IMG/VR virus record: IMGVR_UViG_3300049489_001336
Span: 32,001 to 96,000 of that record
Strand: one strand, 5' to 3'
Source of the DNA: a virus
DNA: 64,000 nt
Shown here: one piece after another, positions 26,611 through 35,449 of the stretch
Numbering within the stretch: position 1 is the stretch's first letter
How the letters are laid out: each line of letters opens with the position of its first letter
Program-made: the position numbers and the translations under genes
Notes under the pieces: model-generated
What the model was told of the DNA's origin: nothing
Seen by the model: the letters and a program-made list of their open reading frames with translations, nothing else
Database searches by the model: none

Positions 26611-28371
26611 ATGGCTAAATGGCATAAATACGACGCAGGGCGCGCAGTACCCGAACCCCTGCGCCAGGCCGCGAGTACCGTAAAAGAAATAAATGATACG
26701 CTTGAGACTGTTTTTGGAACAATAAAAGAAGCGCTGGAAATTGCGCGGCTACTGGCGTCAAACCTAGCAAACAATCCTGTAGAAGCGGCGTTACGAGAAG
26801 CCCTTGAACAGATTCAGCAATACATAGACGATTTGATCGGGGGGACCACTGCCCACGCCATCATGATCCCCATCCAAAAACAGCATTACGGGATCGGGGA
26901 ACCTATCCCCGCAGACGCCACAGATCGTCTATCCCTTACGCCATCTTTCGATCAATTGGCTCAAGACGGAAGTTACTCTCAACGGGTAATTAAGGATATC
27001 ACCCCAGAGACTATTTCTTTTATCAACACCTCCGTCACATCATTAGGAGGTAACCGTGGATATTGGCGCGCTCTCGTGCTCTCTCTTTACGATGAAGGTG
27101 ACTTTGCAAGGCCCGACTTTCCCAACAACTTTGCTGTTACGGGTGCTTGTGTAATTTTTGGCTCTAAACAGTTAGCGGATTTGTATAAAATCATCGCGCT
27201 TCTTACCAAATGGATTCGTCTTGGCTTTAGAGCCGATATGGGAGCGCGCAGTCAGCCTATTCCCAGCACGCTTAAGGCTACGACAATACCCATTCCAACG
27301 GAAGGGCGCATAGGTGTCCAACTTGATTGGACCCCCATCCCACCCGTAATAACCAAAGCACTATTTAGCTCCGAACGGATGTTCGTTCGTGAGATTTTCA
27401 TAGTCAGATCGACAGACCCTCTGTTACGCGAACGTTTTGGTTGGGGTCAAGTTTTCACAGAAGAACCCGAAGCCAGCGGCCTGCCCGTTAGCGCTGACGG
27501 ACGCACCCGCGTAATCGCGCGACTTCCCAATGATGGATTAATCGCACGTTACGTAGATAAAGATACAAGTCTAAAAGTTGACACGTCGTACTACTACGCA
27601 CTAGCGCTGCGTTACGGCATCGGCTCCGACATTAAAACGCTGCTCATCCAACCTATGACGGAGTTTTCCAACGTAGTTTGGGTTCACTACATGGCGCGTC
27701 CAAACACGACACGTTTGAGCGAGCCACCTGACTGGTTTGCTACACCTTCGTTAATTCAGTTATTTCCCATCATCCAAAGCTTTGTAAATATCATAAAACT
27801 CTACGTAAACGGCGCAATAAACCGCACTCTATCTAACAACGGAATTGTTGCGCTCATCACGCAAACAATAAACCAAATTGAATCCCTTATAGCACAAGCC
27901 GCTGAAGTTAAAAAAGACCTCGATGCTTTAGAACAAATTTTACGTTCATTGTCAGGCTTAGATGGGCTAGGTATTTACGCAACGACGTTCGACGTAACCA
28001 CAGGGGGCATGCAAGCGTGGGTGGGTAAGCTTGCTCAACAGTTTTCTGATAGCACGGATACGTCGCGACCTCCGTTTGACCGTGGGGATGAATTCACTGC
28101 GGGATTTGTTATTGTGGCGGGGGCTCCTAGGCTTCCCGATCTCGCTAAAATTAGAGCGTTACTTAAACTTCTGTTCGGCGATGGCAGTGACGAAGAAACT
28201 ATCAAACTGCGAACTGCTTTAGACGTATTTACAGACCCTGAAGGTCCTTCGAAATTTACCTTCGATAATCAAATGCAAGCAACGCGTGTCTCTGATGATG
28301 CCGCCGGAGAAGGTAAACCCGTAGTTTTCGATGAAACCATGACGCCAGCGGAGCGCGACGCAAACTGTTAA
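26611..28371 (+). CDS. hypothetical virion/baseplate-associated protein
   Basis: 586 aa; helical N- and C-regions flanking an FN3-like centre (LDWTP...SYYYAL). Confidence 0.5.
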   Translation: MAKWHKYDAGRAVPEPLRQAASTVKEINDTLETVFGTIKEALEIARLLASNLANNPVEAALREALEQIQQYIDDLIGGTTAHAIMIPIQKQHYGIGEPIPADATDRLSLTPSFDQLAQDGSYSQRVIKDITPETISFINTSVTSLGGNRGYWRALVLSLYDEGDFARPDFPNNFAVTGACVIFGSKQLADLYKIIALLTKWIRLGFRADMGARSQPIPSTLKATTIPIPTEGRIGVQLDWTPIPPVITKALFSSERMFVREIFIVRSTDPLLRERFGWGQVFTEEPEASGLPVSADGRTRVIARLPNDGLIARYVDKDTSLKVDTSYYYALALRYGIGSDIKTLLIQPMTEFSNVVWVHYMARPNTTRLSEPPDWFATPSLIQLFPIIQSFVNIIKLYVNGAINRTLSNNGIVALITQTINQIESLIAQAAEVKKDLDALEQILRSLSGLDGLGIYATTFDVTTGGMQAWVGKLAQQFSDSTDTSRPPFDRGDEFTAGFVIVAGAPRLPDLAKIRALLKLLFGDGSDEETIKLRTALDVFTDPEGPSKFTFDNQMQATRVSDDAAGEGKPVVFDETMTPAERDANC

Positions 28372-28412
28372 CAGAAAACAAAATGAACTAAAATACGACT
28401 CAAGGAGAACCA

Positions 28413-28802
28413 ATGGCTACTCTCACGGTTTCGGCAACACTTACGTACGGTGACACAACCCCTGATGGCGCTGTGCCCTCTCGTGAGCCGTTGACTTTCT
28501 CTCTTTCTTACACAGAGAGCTCTTGTAAGACGGTCCAAATTCCGGCCAACACTACCGACTTTTCTATTGAGCTCGATACAGTAAGCGCGCCGAAATTCCT
28601 TTTCGCCAAAGCGCTTGACACCGATGTCACCGTAAAATTATCCGATGGGGTAGTCGTAACACCAACGCCTACGTCTTTGGCCGCTGCGAGTGGTTGGATC
28701 ATGCTGGCGAACCCCAATGGTCAAGCCATTAAAGAGTTGCTTGTAACTACGCCAGTATCTCCCGCTTCAGGCGCGCGCGTCAAAGTGTTAGCCTTCGAGT
28801 GA
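28413..28802 (+). CDS. small beta-rich structural protein
   Basis: 129 aa, RBS AAGGAG, Thr/Val-rich. Confidence 0.55.
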   Translation: MATLTVSATLTYGDTTPDGAVPSREPLTFSLSYTESSCKTVQIPANTTDFSIELDTVSAPKFLFAKALDTDVTVKLSDGVVVTPTPTSLAAASGWIMLANPNGQAIKELLVTTPVSPASGARVKVLAFE

Positions 28803-29098
28803 TGGAGAACATCCTACCAGTACTGCTGCAGCAGGGCTCGCTCGGTATCGTTGCGAGCATATTTATTTACTTATACTTAAATGAACGTAACAAAAATCAA
28901 GAGCTGCAGAACAAAATAAGTACTACGTACGAACATCATTACCGTAAGCTAGATGAAGTCCGCCAAGCCCAAATCGAGCGTGAGCAAGAAGTAGCGCAAA
29001 CGCTCGAAGCCTACGGTAAAGGGGTAGTTGAAGCCGTTCGGCACACTACGGCGGTCGCTGACGAGTTGCGGAGGCTGCACCATGAGCAACGACCATAA
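28799..29098 (+). CDS. BhlA/UviB-like holin candidate
   Basis: LLQQGSLGIVASIFIYLYL single TM followed by a coiled coil, resembling the BhlA N-terminus. Confidence 0.45.
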   Translation: MMENILPVLLQQGSLGIVASIFIYLYLNERNKNQELQNKISTTYEHHYRKLDEVRQAQIEREQEVAQTLEAYGKGVVEAVRHTTAVADELRRLHHEQRP

Positions 29099-29399
29099 CG
29101 ACCAAGCAGGACGTTCTTCGTCCTCTCTTGAGCTCACCAATAAAAAGCTTGCAGCTACGCAAGTGCGTATGATCAACAAAGAACTCACAGAGCTCAAGAA
29201 GCGTACGTCCACTGCAGAAGAAAAGCCACAGTGTGCCCCGATGGAATCGGACAAAACGGGGCAATTTGTATTGCTGCCTCTCAAAGCCTGTAAGAATGAA
29301 AAAATTGAAGAAGCGTACAAAGAGGCAAAAGAAGTGAGTGACAGTTCTCCGCCTGCTCAAGAATCTAAAAAAAGAAAAAAATGGTATTTGTTTAGCTGA
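29082..29399 (+). CDS. hypothetical protein
   Basis: ATG 29082 with GGAGG RBS, overlapping the holin-like stop; coiled coil and basic C-terminus. Confidence 0.45.
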   Translation: MSNDHNDQAGRSSSSLELTNKKLAATQVRMINKELTELKKRTSTAEEKPQCAPMESDKTGQFVLLPLKACKNEKIEEAYKEAKEVSDSSPPAQESKKRKKWYLFS

Positions 29400-29691
29400 T
29401 TGTCCCTGTGCCCGTTCCTGTGCCTCCTAACGTCTTGTTCGCGGTAGGCGCTAGGGTTGCTGTAAAAGGCGTAACGGGGTCTCGCTGAAGCCCTGCATCC
29501 GACGTAGTGACTGTCGTTGTAGTTGTGACATTTACTGCGACTTCGGCATTCGCTTTGAAATAAGTAACCACAGCCTCAGCTAGAGCATCTGTAAATTTAC
29601 GCAAATCAGGGCGTGCCGCTTTTCCGGGCTTAAACGTCTCCTTTAATTGCTCGTAAATCGCATCAGATAAGCCCTCAGTAGATAAAGCCAT
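29392..29691 (-). CDS. small protein resembling spike-adjacent baseplate proteins
   Basis: MAL...ALAEAVVTYFKANAEV...GTGTGTGTIS pattern. Confidence 0.4.
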   Translation of the reverse strand: MALSTEGLSDAIYEQLKETFKPGKAARPDLRKFTDALAEAVVTYFKANAEVAVNVTTTTTVTTSDAGLQRDPVTPFTATLAPTANKTLGGTGTGTGTIS

Positions 29692-29700
29692 GGTTGCTAC

Positions 29701-29970
29701 TCACTTACTTTTGGGATTATACATCGATACTTGCGAATCTTTTTTCTCAGCCGGCCGATTATGCGTGTGCACATACCCTGCTTTAAGACGCTTAGAGCCA
29801 GGGTAGTCCACGACTATGGTAGTCGGGAAAGACCACGTACTAGGTAACTTTTTAAAGGCATCCGAAGCGCCACATGCAGGACATTGCTCGGGCTTGCCTT
29901 CCACACCCTCTACGTAATCGTCAAACGTATGCGCACATGCGGCACATTCAAAATCGTAGTGTTTGAGCAT
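29701..29970 (-). CDS. FmdB-like zinc ribbon protein
   Basis: YDFECAACAHTF...CPACGA. Confidence 0.7.
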   Translation of the reverse strand: MLKHYDFECAACAHTFDDYVEGVEGKPEQCPACGASDAFKKLPSTWSFPTTIVVDYPGSKRLKAGYVHTHNRPAEKKDSQVSMYNPKSK

Positions 29971-29981
29971 CGCTAACACCT

Positions 29982-30008
29982 AAAAAAGAAGCCCTCCATA
30001 GAGGGCTC
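29982..30008 (-). terminator. Rho-independent terminator
   Basis: GCCCTC-TATG-GAGGGC stem then TTCTTTTTT on the minus strand. Confidence 0.6.
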
Positions 30009-30014
30009 GTTATT

Positions 30015-30443
30015 TCACTTGTTACGTCGCATTGACACGTCAGGGCCGTCGTTATCGTCCATCGGCGACTCATCGTCAAACCGATCCTCGCGAGAATCAA
30101 AATCTCTTTGACGTTCTTCGCGAACAGCGAGGTACTTGTCTCCAATTTCCCGCAACAACTCCGCAGCGTCGCTGACGTTGTAAATGTTGAGGTACGGGTT
30201 TACCTCAATGATTTGACCATTTTCATCAAATTTCACGGTGCCCAATTTGAATGAGTACTTCGGCACCTGCAACGGAAGTTCATTGACTTCACAAACCACA
30301 TTTCCACGAACTTTCTTTTCGACGGGACGCCATGCCGGCGGCTTACGCGCCTGCATCGGAAACCGAGGCTTTCCAGAGAATTTATTAGGTCCACGTTTAG
30401 GGTACATTATAGGGCGCTCCACGATTATTTTACGTTGTAACAT
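30015..30443 (-). CDS. hypothetical protein
   Basis: Start MLQRKII at 30443 (the longer ORF overlaps tRNA-Lys); acidic C-terminus. Confidence 0.55.
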   Translation of the reverse strand: MLQRKIIVERPIMYPKRGPNKFSGKPRFPMQARKPPAWRPVEKKVRGNVVCEVNELPLQVPKYSFKLGTVKFDENGQIIEVNPYLNIYNVSDAAELLREIGDKYLAVREERQRDFDSREDRFDDESPMDDNDGPDVSMRRNK

Positions 30444-30466
30444 GTTGAATAAACTTTTAAGTTGCC

Positions 30467-30541
30467 TGGTGGGTTCGACGGGAATTGAACCCGTAATGCT
30501 CCGGTTAAAAGCCGGGTGCCTTACCATTAGGCCACGAACCC
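30467..30541 (-). tRNA. trnK: tRNA-Lys(UUU)
   Basis: GGGTTCG/CGAACCC acceptor, CT-TTT-AA loop, GGTTCAATTCC T-arm, encoded CCA. Confidence 0.9.
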
Positions 30542-30551
30542 CAAGGATTCC

Positions 30552-30953
30552 ATGCAGCACGAAACCCTCAAAAAACCTGCGTGTACAGAGTATGTACTAC
30601 GACATCTCTATTACATTGAAGACGCGTTAATACGCAATCAATTTCTAGAAGCACTTAACTATACAGGAGATGCACTCGCTAAGGTGCAAAACGAAATTGA
30701 TTGGTGCTATCGCACCGATGTAACGTTGCCTTTCATCTTAGAGTACCTGTTATTGCTGTCAGACACTCTACAGAAACTACAACATCTTATGCCATCGTAC
30801 AGGAAAGAGCAAGTGCCTTTGCTGATCAATGTGATACGAGACACGCGTCATTTAGTAGAGAAAGTGACTGCAAATCAGGCGCAATACGAAGAGCCTGACA
30901 GGTATATCGATGTACTAGAAAGCGAGCACCGCGCTACCATATATCAAAAGTAG
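30552..30953 (+). CDS. hypothetical helical protein
   Basis: 133 aa ORF filling the gap between tRNA-Lys and the glycosylase. Confidence 0.45.
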   Translation: MQHETLKKPACTEYVLRHLYYIEDALIRNQFLEALNYTGDALAKVQNEIDWCYRTDVTLPFILEYLLLLSDTLQKLQHLMPSYRKEQVPLLINVIRDTRHLVEKVTANQAQYEEPDRYIDVLESEHRATIYQK

Positions 30954-31413
30954 CCGCTATTAAACAGGCAATCGGGGTATGTTTAGGCCACACGTAATTG
31001 TACTGCGGAAATGCGTGTAAATCCAACCCTAATGGACCCGTATTAAATAAGGGCCCGTAGTGTTTAGGATCTTTGTACAAAAGGGAACAGCGATGCGAGT
31101 AATGGAACATTTCGTCGCCTAACCAACTAGGAACGCTATCTTCCGTTAAAGCACGTGCTCTTAAGTCAGAATCTAAAGACATATTGTGCTTATAACCACG
31201 ACGAATCCATTCAGCACAAATCGCATCGTAATAAATAACAAGTCCATAGGCACACCCTCGCCACATAGTGACTGCAGGATGCTTTGACCAGGAGCTCTTT
31301 GTATACATCGCACGAAGAATTTGTTTACACTCGACGCGTTGTTTACCTAGGCGTTGTCTATCTAAGAGCTTTGCGGTTTCTTCGTAACTAGCGACAGGTA
31401 AAAAAGTTTGCAT
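30934..31413 (-). CDS. pyrimidine-dimer DNA glycosylase family protein (MSMEG_6728-like)
   Basis: MQTFLP...LDRQRLGKQRVECKQIL...HPAVTMWRG...HRCSLLYKDPKHY. Confidence 0.85.
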   Translation of the reverse strand: MQTFLPVASYEETAKLLDRQRLGKQRVECKQILRAMYTKSSWSKHPAVTMWRGCAYGLVIYYDAICAEWIRRGYKHNMSLDSDLRARALTEDSVPSWLGDEMFHYSHRCSLLYKDPKHYGPLFNTGPLGLDLHAFPQYNYVWPKHTPIACLIAATFDIW

Positions 31414-31454
31414 GCGGTGGGCTAGGCAGGACTCGAACCTGCAACGTTCCGGTT

Positions 31455-32155
31455 CCCATTACGTACTGTTTCCAGTACTAGGTCGACTATCTCATCATCC
31501 TATTTACTAGGATGCAGGGCGCTAAATCCGGTAATTAAGAGGACTCAACCTCTCCGGTAGTCTGTGCACCTTTCCAAGGTGTACCTTGGACTTGGCTCAG
31601 GGTTCTCATAACAAATCGTACTTGCGTGCCCATCTACGTACCGCATTACACGTGACGCCATACTTACGCCCGATAGCAGCCCACGATAATGTTGCTATAT
31701 CCTGCTCTAGCGTTTGCTTAGAAGGTAACGGTACTTTCCGTTTCCCTCCTTTGATTGCATGACAAGCTTTAGAGCAAAAAGTAGTCTGCTTAGGTTTTAA
31801 TACCGCGTCACACACAGCACAGTACGTATTTCGACTTGCGTTAGAATTCCCTGAATTCACCCTGTTCACACCTAGATTTTGCAATCCAGGGGCACCATTC
31901 CTAAGCCAGTTGTGCAACTTTGTGTGTTGCGTCTTCTCAAGAACGAGCAAATTCTTGTGACTGTTATCTGCACGATCACCGTTCAAATGATGAACATCTT
32001 CATTTGAGCGTAAGGGTCTTTCCATGAACGTTTCCGCTACAAGGATATGTTCATAGATCCACCCGTCCCAGTTATCAGAGCGCATCGCTGATGCGTGCTC
32101 CCCAACAAACACGACGCGGTACCCGTTCAGATAACGTACTTGCTTAGGCATATTG
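31455..32155 (-). mobile_element. group I intron (701 nt) inserted 3' of the CAU anticodon
   Basis: 5' splice site after U, terminal G; P3 AGGGTG/CGCCCT, P4 TCAGGG/CCCTGA, P7 GACTA/TAGTC. Confidence 0.85.
31606..32151 (-). CDS. intron-encoded HNH homing endonuclease
   Basis: YEHILVAE...DVHHLNGDRADNSHKNL...HTKLH; C-terminal CxxC..CxxxC and HTH-like WAAIGRKYGVTCNAVRRW. Confidence 0.85.
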   Translation of the reverse strand: MPKQVRYLNGYRVVFVGEHASAMRSDNWDGWIYEHILVAETFMERPLRSNEDVHHLNGDRADNSHKNLLVLEKTQHTKLHNWLRNGAPGLQNLGVNRVNSGNSNASRNTYCAVCDAVLKPKQTTFCSKACHAIKGGKRKVPLPSKQTLEQDIATLSWAAIGRKYGVTCNAVRRWARKYDLL

Positions 32156-32234
32156 ATGAGCCGGGGGCTCTGACCTTTGAGCTACTAGCCCTAAAACACA
32201 CTACGTTAAGCTAACTTCTTATACCTCAAAGCGT

Positions 32235-32444
32235 TCAAAAATCGTTGTGTTGCATTACACAATCGTGTGCGTTATTCATGTGCCCATCCTCCACATTTAA
32301 CTGAATGACTTTAATTACAAAAGTATTGCCGTCAAGGTCTTCAAGCGGAAGTTGAACATAGTCATTGCTACCTGTCAAGGACACGTCGCGTACTTTACCT
32401 TTCAAAGCGTCCTCTAAAACCCGAGCAAGGTCTTTTGCATTCAT
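32235..32444 (-). CDS. hypothetical protein
   Basis: 69 aa ORF, GAGG RBS. Confidence 0.45.
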   Translation of the reverse strand: MNAKDLARVLEDALKGKVRDVSLTGSNDYVQLPLEDLDGNTFVIKVIQLNVEDGHMNNAHDCVMQHNDF

Positions 32445-32450
32445 AAATCC

Positions 32451-32975
32451 TCAAAACCGAGCGTAATACGCGTGGCGTTTGGCGTACTCTACATACCAAG
32501 GTTCTAGCCCTAAAAGCAACGCGTGATTAAGCATCATTAAACGTCCTGAACGGCCATTGCCGTCTTCAAAGGGATGAATATGTTCAAACTCCACGTGGCG
32601 ATTCCACACCCACGCGATACGTTCCTCTTCTGTGCGTTCTTTTTGTGCTTCAAACGTGTCCCGTACACGGTCCCACCAGTCGCGCAACAAAAGGGGCACT
32701 TCCCGATAATCAGGACAAACGCGTCCTCCTACAGCTACGTTTATTTTACGTAGCTTACCGGCTTTATTCTTGAAGCCTTTCAATCTGCGCATTAGTAATG
32801 CGTGCACCACAAGAGGGTGTACAAACAAATTTTCTTTGGACCTAGAGACAACGTACTGCGCTGCTTCTAGGTGGTCATCGTAGTGAGGGTCCCCCGGCAA
32901 ATTGACGTGCCCTGGTTGAGGGTCAATCAAATTGTGTTCGTGCACAAAGGAATGAAGAAACTCTGCGGTAACCAT
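32451..32975 (-). CDS. Fic domain protein (AMPylase)
   Basis: Canonical HPFEDGNGRSGR motif. Confidence 0.9.
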   Translation of the reverse strand: MVTAEFLHSFVHEHNLIDPQPGHVNLPGDPHYDDHLEAAQYVVSRSKENLFVHPLVVHALLMRRLKGFKNKAGKLRKINVAVGGRVCPDYREVPLLLRDWWDRVRDTFEAQKERTEEERIAWVWNRHVEFEHIHPFEDGNGRSGRLMMLNHALLLGLEPWYVEYAKRHAYYARF

Positions 32976-33077
32976 TAGTTTAATATAGCGGACACACCTG
33001 CGCGTGCACCTACGGCATGCAATAAGCGTTTATTCTCTTGTTTTAATACGTAATTCTCTCGTCGTAGATACATATTT

Positions 33078-33980
33078 TCATGTACCAACAACGCTATTAA
33101 GTCCCAATCGTACTGGGAAAATCGCGCTTTTACCTGTAAAAAAGTCTTGAGGCCAGAGACCTGACTTAAGCGCTGCATTACGCGTTCGTACATACCTGTT
33201 TTCCCAATTGCCGAAAGTGTTAGTACCTAATTCATTTAACAGGACTTTTGCAAAGTCCCCTTTTTTGGCTTTTGAAATGGCCGTCAACAACTCCGTTTTA
33301 GCAGGAGCAGGACCGTTGACAGAATAACAGTGATATACGCACAAAGCGAGATCTTCTTCGAGGCTGAGATCAGAAGAGTCAGCTAATAGTGTTAATGGAT
33401 TACGTCCCTTATAGAACTGGCTCTCTACATCTTTATGCGTCGAAATAAGCCAACGTATCGCAAAGTCTTTTTGCGCTTCAAACGTAGCGGAGTCCGCGAA
33501 CAAAAGATGATGCAACCAAGCCCAGCGTTTTGCGGTTTCCCACTGCGCACCTGTTTTAGGTACTCTACCCGCTGGGGGTGTAAATACATCTAAAATGTCT
33601 TTACCGGAAATGAGATCGCCTGTTTTAATATTTCGTAGTTTGCCATCCTTACCGACGAACCAATTATGCTTACGGTAAGCGGTCCAAAGCTCATACAAAT
33701 GCGGAGACTTAGTCTCCGCATACTCTAATGCTTGCAAAAGCGAGAAAAGAGACCCTTGAGTAAGCGAGCGAGGATACACCGCGATATTGTGTAAGGGCCC
33801 GGCGGACATGCCTGCGCCATCATAGCTTTGCACTGCCCCATAGAACGGCGCTTCCATAAGAGCCGTTAAATAGTAGGCACGGTCCATGTGCTTTTTAGTC
33901 GTAGGCGGAGCAACAGCTACCGTACCGTTAATCTTACAACCAGCAAATTGTTGGTAGCGGATCCAGATAACAGTAGTCAT
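33078..33980 (-). CDS. hypothetical protein, possible lysozyme-like cell-wall hydrolase
   Basis: E-APFYGAVQSYDGAGMSAG resembles the Glu..N/Q-x-YD..S-x-G pattern of lysozyme-like families. Confidence 0.35.
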   Translation of the reverse strand: MTTVIWIRYQQFAGCKINGTVAVAPPTTKKHMDRAYYLTALMEAPFYGAVQSYDGAGMSAGPLHNIAVYPRSLTQGSLFSLLQALEYAETKSPHLYELWTAYRKHNWFVGKDGKLRNIKTGDLISGKDILDVFTPPAGRVPKTGAQWETAKRWAWLHHLLFADSATFEAQKDFAIRWLISTHKDVESQFYKGRNPLTLLADSSDLSLEEDLALCVYHCYSVNGPAPAKTELLTAISKAKKGDFAKVLLNELGTNTFGNWENRYVRTRNAALKSGLWPQDFFTGKSAIFPVRLGLNSVVGT

Positions 33981-34225
33981 GGCTCGTCTTCTCGATATTT
34001 TTTTAGTTGTTCAATTTGACGCCGGAGAATTCCTACAGAAGTCTCCAGGTCTTTTGTGTACCCTGCTCCTTCATCATAGAGCTGACCGAGCCAATATAAC
34101 AAAACGCCACGAACAGCGTCGCGCCACTGCTCACGGGTCTCGCTTTGCTCAATGGTCTTTTCTATGTCAACACGCACAGCTTCAAAATGGTTTAAAACCA
34201 CGCGTGTTTTACGGTCTACGGGCAC
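33977..34225 (-). CDS. hypothetical protein
   Basis: 82 aa, overlaps the next start (ATGA). Confidence 0.5.
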   Translation of the reverse strand: MPVDRKTRVVLNHFEAVRVDIEKTIEQSETREQWRDAVRGVLLYWLGQLYDEGAGYTKDLETSVGILRRQIEQLKKYREDEP

Positions 34226-34535
34226 ATATCAAAAATAGATCGAACACCTAAAAAGAACAACGATCACATTGGGCTAACACACAACGTAGACGGTTGTTCT
34301 ATTACTTACTTTAGGTATTAAATTAAGCGACGGATACTGCCCTTGTTGTGCATCAACAACTTGAACCCGATGTGTAGCGCGGTACTTCTGCCACTTAGCC
34401 AAATAAAAATGCTTTTTACCGGGTAATGTAACAATCAAATTAACGTCTTTGTTTTCATACCTCCCCTTAAGGTATGCCGTAAGGGTTTCTGGTGCAGCGT
34501 CCTTTTCATAAATGAAAATATTATCTATCTGCACT

Positions 34536-34609
34536 TGGTTCGGGAGCAGGGACTTGAACCCCGATAACAACATCCAAAGTGTTGTGTCCTACCGTTAGAC
34601 GACTCCCGA
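34536..34609 (-). tRNA. trnQ: tRNA-Gln(UUG)
   Basis: TCGGGAG/CTCCCGA acceptor, CAACA-CTTTGGA-TGTTG arm, encoded CCA. Confidence 0.88.
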
Positions 34610-34665
34610 ATGAAATTATTCTATACAGCTAAACGAATTAAGCACAAGCTCAATTCCAAACCTAC

Positions 34666-35397
34666 TCAGGTTTCCGTGCCCGTAAGGGCCTGCAACGCTT
34701 CTTCGAGCGCTATGAAACGTTCTTTCATGAGCACAGCCCAGCTACTTACAACGAGCCGCACGGTGGCCTTATCAAGGCCCGTAGACTCGGTAAGGACGTT
34801 GAGCACGTCCATGGCGTACCTTTTGTTGTACTCAGGAACGTACATGCCATGGAAGCGCGTCGCAATTTCCTGGATTTTGGTCACAGGTATTTTGCTGCGC
34901 TTTCGCAGCGCACGGTCAATCACTTTGTCTGTGCCGTCTACAGGTTGCGCGTCTCCCAAGACGTACTCTCGCCATAGGTGTAGAACGGTCCCCGCGTACT
35001 TGGATCTTGGGGTAGGCGCCGTGTGCCCCGCTTCCCATGCCGTGTATTGCGTGGGGTGTACACCTATGCGTTTCGCCAACGTACCTCGTTTGAGGCCCAT
35101 CGCTGTTCGCAATCGAAGAAACTCGGCAGGGCTCAAAGGCCATTCAGGCATATCCCTTATGTCGGTGAGCTCTAACTGCGTCGGTTGCGCAGAAGCTTCT
35201 TCAGGGACTTCAGCCTTCTCTACATATTTTTTCCACAAAATACCTAGTTTTCGGTGGTACTTTTCACTGGGCTTATTATTGCCTTCCAACCAGTGCGTAA
35301 CACCGCGCCCAGAAATGCCCACTCTACGCGCCAATTCGGCGCGGGTAAATCCAGCGGCATTGATGAGTTGTTGGACACTCTCAGAATTCCATTCCAC
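34666..35397 (-). CDS. XRE-family transcription regulator with two HTH domains
   Basis: FTRAELARRVGISGRGVTHWLEGNNKP and LKRGTLAKRIGVHPTQYTAWEAGHTAP. Confidence 0.8.
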   Translation of the reverse strand: MEWNSESVQQLINAAGFTRAELARRVGISGRGVTHWLEGNNKPSEKYHRKLGILWKKYVEKAEVPEEASAQPTQLELTDIRDMPEWPLSPAEFLRLRTAMGLKRGTLAKRIGVHPTQYTAWEAGHTAPTPRSKYAGTVLHLWREYVLGDAQPVDGTDKVIDRALRKRSKIPVTKIQEIATRFHGMYVPEYNKRYAMDVLNVLTESTGLDKATVRLVVSSWAVLMKERFIALEEALQALTGTET

Positions 35398-35449
35398 AAT
35401 TTCTCTCCTTGTTATCCATGGTCTTTTACCAGGATCGGAGAGAATACTT

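Larger units (their letters stand above)
31418..32191 (-). tRNA. intron-split tRNA with CAU anticodon (probably Ile2; exons 32191-32156 and 31454-31418)
   Basis: 5' exon GGGCTAG...CCCGGCTCAT, 3' exon AACCGGA...GGTTCGAGTCC...CTAGCCCA; G1-C72 pair and no GGG/CCC anticodon stem, so not fMet. Confidence 0.85.

Noticed and set aside
30444-30560. N-terminal extension of ORF 30015 (and similarly of 34274-34573)
   Set aside because: These extensions run through tRNA-Lys and tRNA-Gln respectively
30785-30793. Extra GGCATAAGA motif copy
   Set aside because: It lies within a plus-strand ORF about 250 nt from the nearest minus-strand start, so it may be chance; not counted
31418-32191. Calling the CAU tRNA an initiator fMet
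   Set aside because: It has a G1-C72 pair and lacks the three consecutive G-C pairs in the anticodon stem; Ile2 (or elongator Met) fits better
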